Positions 1 to 10,700 of a DNA stretch of 36,407 bases are shown in pieces. The position numbers were made by a program, and so were the translations under genes. Under the pieces are notes generated by a model that was given only the letters and a program-made list of their open reading frames with translations, was not told where the DNA came from and searched no databases. The stretch is from Myxococcota bacterium (GTDB lineage Bacteria; Myxococcota; XYA12-FULL-58-9; JABJBS01), in assembly GCA_036339465.1 (NCBI GenBank), contig JAYZAY010000068.1:1-36407 (forward strand), given 5' to 3'. Within the stretch, counting starts at the first letter, position 1. The number at the start of each line of letters is the position of its first letter.

Positions 1-991
1 ATTCACCGATGACCACATAAGCCTCAACTTCGCTGGTGGCTACGCCACTGGTTGCTTGGTACATTTGGCTAACTGCGGCGGGGCAGTTTGGGCACCACTC
101 TGCTACGTAGGTCAGCCAAAGTGCCTTGGTGTTTCCCTTAGCAGCGTGGACTTGAACGTCCTGGCCGTTACAATTTTTGAGGGTAAATTCACCTTCCATA
201 ACTTCACCGATGCTTGCGCCTTGTCCGGCCGGTGCACCGCCGCTTTGAGCTGTTGCATCTGGATCTTCGAACGTCACGTTGAAGTTGAAGCTACTGAAGC
301 AGTAAGTTCCAGTACCACTCACGGGAAGCTGAGCATTTGGCACCATGGTTACGGCACTTAGGTTACCGGCGAAAGCTCCACCGATTTGGGCTGTGAGCGC
401 AGTCGCGGTGAGGGTTCCACCGTTGGCCATATATGCATTGGCACAGGTGTTTGGAAATCCTTGAAGATCGGAACAACCGGTAAATGCGATGGTGGCAAAT
501 CCCGCAGTTGATGCGAGGTCAAAAGTACCTGCTGCAGTGGGTGCGCCTGAACTGGTAGCGCCTTGCATAATGAGTACGTCATACCCACCTGTGGTTTGAG
601 CCACAGAGTATACGGAGTAAATGGGTCCGTACTGATCGTCTACGGAATATGTTCCGAATGTTTGTTGTCCCGCGAAAGGCTCATTGCAATCGGGTTGATT
701 GGTGGTGCCTGGATTGGTGTTTCCTGAATTATTGGTGCCTGGATTGGTGTTTCCTGAATTATTGGTGCCTGAATTGGTGTTCCCTGCATTATTGGTGCCT
801 GGATTATTGGTGCCAGCTGGATTGGGCACACTTTCTTCATTTGGGCTTACTTTTTCATCACCGCCCGTTTCCAATGAATCACCAATGGCTTTTCGAATTG
901 CGTCGGCTTCAGAATTCTTGCTACCACAGCCATAGCCTACGAGGCTTAGACCGAGAGCGATTACAAATAAACGTGCTCTTATTTTAACCAT
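1..991 (-). CDS. Lipoprotein with Asn/Gly/Thr-rich linker and C-terminal TlpA/thioredoxin-like domain (3'-truncated by window edge; absent from ORF track)
   Basis: Manual translation from ATG at 991 (RBS AAGGGGAG upstream): MVKIRARLFVIALGLSLVGYGC (lipobox), GTNNSGNTNP repeats, then EFTLKNCNGQDV...LWLTYVAEWCPNC (CxxC at 83-94). No stop before base 1. Confidence 0.85.
   Translation of the reverse strand, partial: MVKIRARLFVIALGLSLVGYGCGSKNSEADAIRKAIGDSLETGGDEKVSPNEESVPNPAGTNNPGTNNAGNTNSGTNNSGNTNPGTNNSGNTNPGTTNQPDCNEPFAGQQTFGTYSVDDQYGPIYSVYSVAQTTGGYDVLIMQGATSSGAPTAAGTFDLASTAGFATIAFTGCSDLQGFPNTCANAYMANGGTLTATALTAQIGGAFAGNLSAVTMVPNAQLPVSGTGTYCFSSFNFNVTFEDPDATAQSGGAPAGQGASIGEVMEGEFTLKNCNGQDVQVHAAKGNTKALWLTYVAEWCPNCPAAVSQMYQATSGVATSEVEAYVVIGE
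703..814 (-). repeat. Coding tandem repeat (~3.5 x 30 bp) encoding a GTNNSGNTNP-type linker
   Basis: + strand unit TGGTGCCTGGATTGGTGTTTCCTGAATTAT at 703 and 733, degenerate copies at 763 and 793. Confidence 0.85.
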
Positions 992-1220
992 TAAATATCT
1001 CCCCTTGAGAATGAAAATACCTACAATTTAGGCGATTTCGTTAAGTACAGGTGTACGCTTTTGAGCAAGTTCACCATACATATTTTTGGTTGTACTCAAT
1101 ACGAAAATGCGCCAAAAACCTTTCGCAAAAGTGCGAATGATCACAACAGACGCCGGATTACCTCATTTGGAATAAAAAAAGAAGACCAATGGAAGAATGT
1201 TTGGGTCGATAATCTCTTTC

Positions 1221-1583
1221 TTAGCTTTCTAGTTTTTCGACAATGGTGCGCATTTTTTCGCTTGAGATGGGTTTGGATACCAAGCCAAAACCGAGCGCTT
1301 CGCATTTTTCCGAAGTTTGTTCCTTAATATTGGCAGTGAGCATGGTTATATAGGCTTTTGGGGACTGCTGCTTGAGCATGGTGCCGAGCTTGAATCCATC
1401 CATTCCCGGCATATTGATATCCAAGATCATAAGATCGATTTCTGTTCCTTGGGTTTTTTTAAGGGCATCTGCTCCACTTTCAGCGGTGAGGACTTTCCAA
1501 TGGGGGTGTTGTTGGTGGAGAAACGTTTCTACCCACAGCCGCGAAACAAAGCTGTCGTCAACGATAAGTACGGTGGTCGTCAT
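1221..1583 (-). CDS. Single-domain response regulator (CheY-like receiver)
   Basis: VLIVDDS, LDINMPGMDG (phospho-Asp), MLTAN, SKP motifs; RBS GGGGAG upstream. Confidence 0.95.
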   Translation of the reverse strand: MTTTVLIVDDSFVSRLWVETFLHQQHPHWKVLTAESGADALKKTQGTEIDLMILDINMPGMDGFKLGTMLKQQSPKAYITMLTANIKEQTSEKCEALGFGLVSKPISSEKMRTIVEKLES

Positions 1584-1797
1584 AGTGTTCTCCCCCTGGT
1601 TGGGTCTATTCTAACACTTTAGCAAACTTATGCCGAGTAACCAAAATTCGAGGAAAGTTTTTCGTTAAAGGGTAGTGGAGTGGGCTAATGAGTGCTGTTG
1701 GAGGGGTATTGGGCTGTTTTTGGCACGATGCTATTGTCGTGCCTTGGGAAGTCTGGGTCGAATGGGTGAGGTCGTCATCAATGTTGGTTTATGTCTC

Positions 1798-4700
1798 TCA
1801 ATTCTTGGCACCACCACAATTCGTTACCCACCGCTTCACAAAGAGAGCATCATTGGCGTTCCAGCAGTTGACTCCTGGCGTACACCCCTTTGGCATTCGA
1901 GTGCCCTGTCCCCCGGTGGTGAGTCTCGTGTAGAACCTGGCCTGGTAGTAGCTACTGTCGGCAAAGGTGTTGGTATTGCCGTGGCATGCCGTGCTGCAAC
2001 CCGATGATGTACTGGTGCCGTTATTGGCGGTTTTGGGGCCATAGGAAAACCATGTAATCACCGCGTTGTAGATTGCCGTTCGGGCGCTACTAGAGGATGG
2101 GCATCCGATGGAAGCGTCTTCGCTGCTATCTCTACAGCCGTCTTGGTCGAAATCCTTAAATACGGAGGTCGCTCCCCAGTTTCCTTTAGCGCCCTTGCTG
2201 CACTTGTCCGGCCCCACTGAGCAGGTCCCACCTACGGCAGAATAGCCATCGCAAACACCGTCGTTGTCATCGTCTGGGTCTTCATAGGCCATGCATGTGA
2301 TTGACATCCCAACAAAACCCAAGAGGCTACAGTGGGTGTCATGACAACCGTCATCATCGTAGTCGAGGTTGTTGTCGTAGGAATTCCAGTTTTTGGCGAC
2401 GCCACTGCCGCCGGGGCAGTGATCAAACCAATTAGGTCGGTTGTCGTTGTCGTTGTCGGTGTCTTCGCCGGTAGAATCCTTACAGCCATCGTTGTCGTAG
2501 TCGAGATTGCCAAGGTTGGAGTTCCAATTCTTATAACCTTTCGGACAATCGTCGTCGATGTCATCTTGGTTGTCATTGTCATCGTCCTCGTCACAGGCAT
2601 CGCCTTGGCTGTCACTATCGTGGTTGCTTTGGTTGGCATTGCTTACGAGGGGACAATTGTCTTGGTTGTCTAGGTGCCCGTCCCCATCATCATCGTTGCT
2701 GCACGCGTTCCCTACTCCATTGTTATCCGTGTCCAATTGGGACGGGTTGGATAGGTACTGGCAATTGTCTGGACCCGACAAACAGATACCGTCTATAGCA
2801 GAAGTAGCATCACATACGCCATCGTTGTCATCATCTGGGTCCTCAGAATGAGCATCCTTGCATCCGTCGCTATCTTGGTCGTTGGCTCCCGTGGCTGTCC
2901 ATCCCGTGAGACCTCTTGAGCAGTTGTCTGATGTGTCGACAACCCCATCATTGTCATCGTCTGGGTCTTCCACATGACTGTCCTTACAGCCATCGTTGTC
3001 ATTGTCAGTGCTGAAATGGGACGTCCACCCTTTGGCGCCACGATAACATTGGTCGGGCCCATCCAAAATTCCGTCATTGTCGTCATCGTCGTCACAAGCA
3101 TTTCCCTCACTGTCGCCTTCATAATTGGTTTGACTGGGATTGCTTATCAATGGGCAGTTATCCAAAACATCAGCAACTGTATCCCCATCGTCGTCGATAT
3201 CACAGGCGTTCCCCTCATTATCTTTATCTGTATCGGTCTGACTTACATTGGATAGATATTGACAATTGTCTGGTCCCATCGAACATGTCCCTATCACCGT
3301 TTGGCTCCCATCGCAGATGGTATCATTGTCGTCATCTGGGTCTTCAGCGTGCGCATCTTTACAGCCATCGCTGTCTTGATCAGTGGCGCTATCGGACTTC
3401 CAGCCTAGAGCACCCTTTTTGCAGTCGTCCACGGTGTCGTTTACGTTGTCATTGTCATCATCTGGATCTTCAGCGTGTGCATCTTTGCAACCATCAGAAT
3501 CGTAGTCATTGACTCCATTAGATGTCCAAGAGGAATATCCCTTAGAACAAGCGTCTGAAATATCCGTCACACCATCATTGTCATCGTCGTTATCGCAGGC
3601 GTTGCCTTCGCTGTCCCCATCGTAATTACTTTGAGTCTTGTTGGGCGTCAGAGGACAGTTGTCGCTGCCATCTTTGACGGTATCGTTGTCGTCATCTTGG
3701 TCACAGGCATTGCCTTCGCTGTCCCCATCCGTATTGGTTTGAGATGGGTTTGAAACGTATTGGCAATTGTCAACTCCCGCAGAGCAGGCGCCACCCACGG
3801 CTTGGGCGCCATCACAAACTCCGTCGTTATCGTCGTCGGGATCTTCGCTGTTATTGTCCTTACAGCCATCACTGTCTCTATCGGTGGTGCTATTTGAGGT
3901 CCACGCGATGACCCCTGTGGGGCAATCGTCTACCCCATCGTTTATGCCGTCATTGTCATCATCGCTGTCGCAAGCATCCCCATTTTGGTCACCGTCGTGG
4001 TTGTTTTGGTTCGTATTGCTGATTAGGGGACAATTATCGGCCGCATTGGAGACGGTATCTCCGTCACTATCATTGGAACAAGCATTGCCTATTCCATCTC
4101 CATCGGTATCGAGTTGGTCGAGATTTTGAACGTATTGGCAGTTATCGATACCGTCATTTATCGTATCGTTGTCATCGTCAGGGTCTTCGGCGTGAGTATC
4201 TTTACAACCGTCTGAGTCATTGTCAGTGCCCGTATTGGCAGTCCAGCCTATCGCGCCTTGCGGGCATGTGTCTGCTCCATCAAGCATGCCATCGTTGTCA
4301 TCATCTGAATCACAGGCGTTGCCCACACTATCCCCGTCGCGGTTTGCTTGATCGGTGTTGCTCACCAAGGGGCAATTGTCCCCGCTGTCGTTGATGGTGT
4401 CTCCATCATCATCGTCGCTACAGGCATTGCCTATGCCATTTCCATCTGTATCTAGCTGGTTGATGTTTTGGACATATCGACAATTATCGCTGTCATCATT
4501 CACGGTATCGTTGTCGTCATCAGGGTCCTCGGTGTGGTTATCCTTACAGCCGTCTGAGTCATTGTCGGTATTTACATTGGCAGTCCAGCCAGTTGCACCT
4601 TGCGGACAGGTGTCTGGGTCATCGAACATGCCATCGTTGTCATCGTCACTGTCGCAGACGTCGCCTAGACTGTCTCCATCGTGATTTGATTGATTTTGAT

Positions 4701-7700
4701 TGCTTATTAACGGACAATTGTCTGTGCCGTCAGAGATACCGTCGCCATCATCATCATTGGCGCAGGCGTTGCCTATGCCATCCCCGTTTGAGTCTTCTTG
4801 GGCAGGGTTCGAGGTGTATTGGCAATTGTCTGGGCCTGCATTGCAGTTTCCCAAAACGCTTGGAGCACCGTCGCAAATACCGTCGTTGTCATCGTCTGGA
4901 TCTTCGGAATGCGCGTCTTTACACCCGTCATTGTCGCGGTCAGTGGTTTCGTTTGAAGCCCAATTGAGTGTACCTTTTGCACAGTTGTCGCTGATGTCAG
5001 CAAGGCCGTCATTGTCATCATCGGGATCTTCAGCATGGTTGTCCTTGCAGCCATCTGAGTCATGGTCTGTTGCTGCCCCCGAAGGCCAGTGCGCCTGCCC
5101 CTGTTTGCAGCTGTCTTGGCTATCAAGGATGCTATCGTTGTCGTCATCTGAATCACAGGCATTTCCCGCACTATCTCCATCGTGATTTGCTTGATTGGAA
5201 TTGACAAGCAGCGGGCAGTTATCGACGTTATCTTTAATGCTGTCCCCATCGTTGTCGTCGGTACAAGCATTGCCAATGCCGTCGCCGTTGGTATCTGTTT
5301 GGTTGAAATTGGCCGTGTATTGACAATTGTCGGATGAGTCATTGACGCCGTCATTATCATCATCATTGTCTTCGGCATTGTCGTCTTTACATCCATCATC
5401 GTCTTTGTCTGTTGTTCCATTGGAAGTCCAACCCGTGACTCCTTTTGAACATGAGTCGAGTCCATCGAGGATCCCGTCATTGTCGTCGTCCTGGTCTTCG
5501 GCTAGGGCGTCTTTGCAGCCATCATCGTCATGATCGCTGTTATTGTTTGCAGTCCAGCCGGCGTAACCTTTCGGGCAGCTATCCTCACCATCGAAGACAC
5601 TGTCGTTGTCGTCATCATCGTCGCATAGATCCCCGAGGGCATCTCCGTCGTGATTGCTTTGGTTGGCGTTACCGATTAAGGGACAATTGTCTACGCCATC
5701 GGTGATTGAATCTCCGTCGTCGTCGTTGGTACAAGCGTTTCCAACTCCATCATTGTCTGTGTCGATTTGGTCTGCGTTGGAGGTGTATTGGCAATTGTCG
5801 GAGTTGTCGATTATTCCGTCGTTGTCATCGTCCAAATCTTCAGCGTGGTCATCTTTGCAGCCGTCCCCATCGCGGTCTGTGGCGGCGTCGGAGCTCCAAC
5901 CAATGGCACCTTTGGTACAGTTATCCTGTGCATCGGAAACTCCGTCGTTGTCGTCATCGGGATCTTCGACATGGCTGTCTTTGCAACCGTCCCCGTCGTG
6001 GTCGTCGGTGGTGGTATCCCATGCGGTGGCGGCGTTATCTCCGTCGCATTGGTCCGAGGCATCGTTTAGCCCATCGTTATCGTCGTCGGCATCGCAGCGA
6101 TTTCCTTGGCCATCATTGTCCAAGTCCTTTTGATTTATATTGGGCACTTCGGGGCAGTTATCGGTGTTGTTACCGACGTAGTCTGTTGGTTTCAATAATG
6201 GACAAAAGAGCTGATTGTTGGTGCTCCCAAATCCATCACCATCACTGTCTAAGTAATAGATCCCTTTTCCGGGGCCTCCACATACGCCACATTCATCAGG
6301 AGAAGAGTTACAAAGATTTCCGCAAAGATATGAGGCACCCAAAATTTGTTGGGGGTTCGATGCTTTGGCTAAGCGAATGCCGCGAACTACACTTCCACCC
6401 TTACATTGGTCTGTCTCATAAGTGGTCTTATTCAGAGGTGCTCCGAGGGCTTGAAGTTCGGCTTCCGTACTGGTTGTTAACCCCCAAATGTCATCGGGTT
6501 TTTCTAAGTCTTGGCATTGAAGCCCGAGTCCTTTGAGGGTACCTGCAAGGATGGAAGTCCAGGTTGCTTGTCCCACGAGAACCTGTCCATCAGGACAGCG
6601 CAATTGAGTGTTGGGATCAGTATTGCAAGAAAAGAGGTCAATGGGGGTGGCTAGAAACTCATTGCGCAGTAGCTGGGCACCGTCGGTTTTTGAGCAGATC
6701 AGGCACATGTTTTTTGTGAGAAATATACCGCCACTTGAAACGGGAGCGAGTCCTGTTCCAACGTAACCTTCCGGACAGAAAGCGATCTCTGTGGATTGGG
6801 CGGTTATCCTGCCTGCAGGGTTCAATTTTAAAGCCACTTGACAATCATCGGAACATTCATCTCCATCGGTGGTGTTGCCGTCATCACAGCTCTCACCTAC
6901 TTCCACGAGTCCGTTACCGCAGGTGGAAATAACGACCTCGATATTGTCTAAATACCAACCACGGGGGGCAGAATTCGCAAGGGAATACAGACAGTTTTTG
7001 CAGTCCCAATTTAGGGTGAAAATCAAGTCGGGTGTTTGGGCGGCGAAGGTGGATATATCGGCTTCAACGCGGTCCCATTTCGCATCTTTGCCGTAATTGT
7101 GAAATCCGGAGGTCCCTTCATGGGGATAACAGGCTACATCGGAGGATTTACCTAAGTTGTTTAGTGGATACCGCCCTTTAGGTTCGATGGTTTCGGTGGT
7201 GTCACCACTTCTTACCTGAAGGTATGCCAGATCCTTTGCCCCAGACACTACAGGTGAACAGTATTCGCCTCCATCTAAGTCCAAATCTTGGTGGTACCTT
7301 ACCCAGATGGATTGGTGGGCACTAAGTGCGGGTAATGGCGGTAGGGAAGCTTCAAATCGAATTTTTGATGCTGTGGTGTTGGCTTGTTCTGCATATTGGA
7401 AGTGATAAGCGGGGGATTTTAGTCCAAATCCATTTTCTTTATTGATTGTACTAAGATTGACCGAAACATGTTGGTGATTAATATCGGTGTAGTTTTCTTC
7501 CCATGGATTATTATTGGAATGATTGCCATTGGCAAAGAAAAGTGAGATGCCGTCATCACATGCATCCCCCGCCTCATCTGCGCCCACAGAAAAATCAGTA
7601 TCGGCTTGGTTAGGGTTTGAAATAGCAATGCAGTTATCGCATTGATCTCCGACGCCATCGCCATCACTATCGGTTTGGTTTATGTTTGCAGCGTGGGGAC

Positions 7701-10700
7701 AGTTGTCACACCCATTGGGAACGCCGTCCTGATCTGAATCAAGGTTGTCATCGGCATTTCCACAAATATCGCAGCTATCACCACTACCGTCATTGTCACT
7801 GTCAGTTTGCGCGATGTTTGTATGCATTGGGCAGTTATCACAGACGTTTCCAACCCCGTCCTTATCAGCATCCAACTGGTTTGTGTTTTCAATCCCAGGG
7901 CAATTGTCGCATGGGTTGCCAAGGGTATCCCCATCGGCATCTACTTGGTCTGGGTTGTTGGTTGATGGGCATGAATCACATGCGTTGCCGACGCCATCAT
8001 GGTCAGTATCGGTTTGGTCTATGTTGCTCGTATTTACACAATTGTCGCAGGGGTCGCCTACCCCATCCGAATCCTTATCGTTTTGAGCACTGTTGGAGGT
8101 TGTGACACAGTTATCGCAGAGGTCACCGACAAGGTCTTTATCTTGGTCTTCTTGGTTTGGGTTTGAATGGGCGACACAATTGTCGCAAGGGTCACCAATT
8201 CCGTCTTTGTCCCCATCGGTCTGATTTGTGTTGGCATGATTGGCGCAATTATCACAGAGATCACCGACGGTATCTTTGTCAGTATCATTTTGATTACCGT
8301 TAGAGTCACTGACGCAGTTATCACATTGATTGCCGACGCCATCATTGTCTGTATCGGCTTGGTCAACATTGGAGTCATTGGGGCAATTGTCGCACACCTT
8401 ACCCACGCCGTCGGCGTCTTGGTCAGACTGATTTGGGTTTGAGGCCGCCGAGCAGTTATCACAGACATCACCTAGAGCATCGCTGTCCCCATCAGCTTGA
8501 TTCGAATTGGAAGTGGAATCGCAATTGTCACAGCGATTACCAATACCATCGCTGTCCTCATCTCTTTGGTTGGGGTTGCTGATGGACTCACAATTATCAC
8601 AGCCATCACCTACGCCATCGTTATCGTTGTCGGCTTGATTGGCATTGGAGTTAGATGGGCAGTTATCACAAACATTACCTACGCCATCGTTATCTTGATC
8701 CGCTTGCTCTGGATTATTGATAGATTGGCAATTATCGCAGCTATCTCCCACGCCATCTTTATCTAAATCTCTTTGGTTTGGGTTCTTTATGGTGACACAG
8801 TTGTCGCAGCTATTGCCGATGCTGTCGCCGTCACCATCTCTTTGGCTTGAATTGGAGGTGGTTGCGCAATTATCACAGCCATCACCTACGCCATCGCTGT
8901 CGCTGTCTTGCTGAGCTGCATTTGAATAAGTAACACAATTATCGCAGAGGTTTCCTATTCCGTCGGTATCACCATCCAATTGGTTTGGGTTGGTAGTCAC
9001 GACGCAATTGTCGCAGGCATCGCCAAATGCGTCTGAGTCACTGTTGGTTTGATTTTTATTGGTCGTCGAGACGCAATTGTCGCAGACGTCCCCCACGGTG
9101 TCCCCGTCTTGATCTCGTTGATTACTGTTGGCTGTGAGGGAACAATTGTCACAAACATCCCCCACGCCGTCAAAATCCCAATCACGTTGATTGGTGTTGG
9201 CTGTGAGCGAGCAGTTATCGCAGATATTGCCCACGCCATCAAAATCGATGTCGGCCTGGTCTGAATTCGAAGATCTCGAGCAGTTGTCGCAGTGGTCACC
9301 GACGCTGTCTGAGTCACTGTCGGCTTGATCTGTGTTGGGAGTTTGGAGGCAATTATCACAAAGGTCCCCCACGCCATCAAAATCTTTGTCTTCTTGGTTG
9401 AGATTGGCCACGGTTTGGCAGTTGTCGCAGCTATTGCCAAGTCCATCACCGTCATTATCGGTCTGACTTTTGTTTGAAATCTCAGGACAATTGTCGCAAA
9501 GGTCACCTAGGCCATCCCCATCTGTGTCAGCCTGATTGGAGGTGGAGGTAAAAGGACAATTATCGCACGCATCTCCAAAACCATCGCTGTCGCGGTCTAT
9601 TTGGGTCGTGTTGGTGGTAGCGGCGCAATTGTCGCAGGCATCTCCGATGCCATCGGCGTCTCCATCGTCTTGGTTGCTATTGGGGGCATCTACGCAGTTG
9701 TCACAGCTGTCTCCGATGCCGTCATTGTCCTCATCATTTTGGTTGCTATTAGAGTCATCTACGCAGTTATCACAGGCATCTCCGATGCCATCTCCATCTA
9801 AATCGTTTTGGTTTGTATCAAAAACATAGGGACAAACATCACATAAATCACCAATGCCATCTCCATCTGAATCTTTCTGGTTTTGGTTCGGCAAGCGGCT
9901 ACAGTTATCACAGATGTCACCGACGCCGTCATTGTCTTGGTCAGTTTGGTTGGCATTGGCATTTTGGATACAGTTGTCGCAGATATTTCCAATTCCATCA
10001 GAATCGATGTCCGTCTGAGCATTGTTGGAGGCGGAAATACAATTATCACAATGATTACCTACCCCATCGTTGTCGTTATCGGCCTGGTCCGAGTTGGATA
10101 TGCTGACGCAATTGTCACAGGTATTTCCGATGCCATCTGAATCTCCATCTCTTTGCTGGGCATTGGAGGTTGACGCACAATTGTCGCAGCTGTCGCCCAC
10201 CCCATCGTTGTCTTTGTCGTTTTGGGAGGTGTTGGAGGTCGACACACAATTGTCGCAGTTATCGCCCACCCCATCATTGTCTTTGTCGATTTGAGATTGA
10301 TTGGCGCGGTTCACACAATTGTCGCAGCTATCGCCCACCCCATCCCCGTCGCCGTCGGCTTGATTTGTATTCGGATTATTGATGCAGTTGTCGCAGCTGT
10401 CACCAAGCCCATCGGAGTCGCTGTCAAGTTGGGATTCATTGCTTGTGGATGGACAATTATCGCAGCTGTTTCCGTGGGAGTCCGAGTCGCTATTGATTTG
10501 TTCGGAGTTGGCGGTAGAAATGCAGTTGTCGCACAAATTTCCAATGCCATCCAAATCTCCGTCAAGCTGTGCTGGGTTTTCAGTGTAGGCGCAGTTGTCG
10601 CACAAATTTCCTAATCCATCGCCATCACTGTCGGTTTGGCCCATATTTGCCCTTGTTAGGCAGTTGTCGCAGATATTGCCGATTCCGTCGTTGTCGTCGT

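Noticed and set aside
56..987. Track ORFs 56-361, 358-588, 640-840, 649-987 and 699-935
   Set aside because: All overlap the better-supported minus-strand lipoprotein frame starting at 991.
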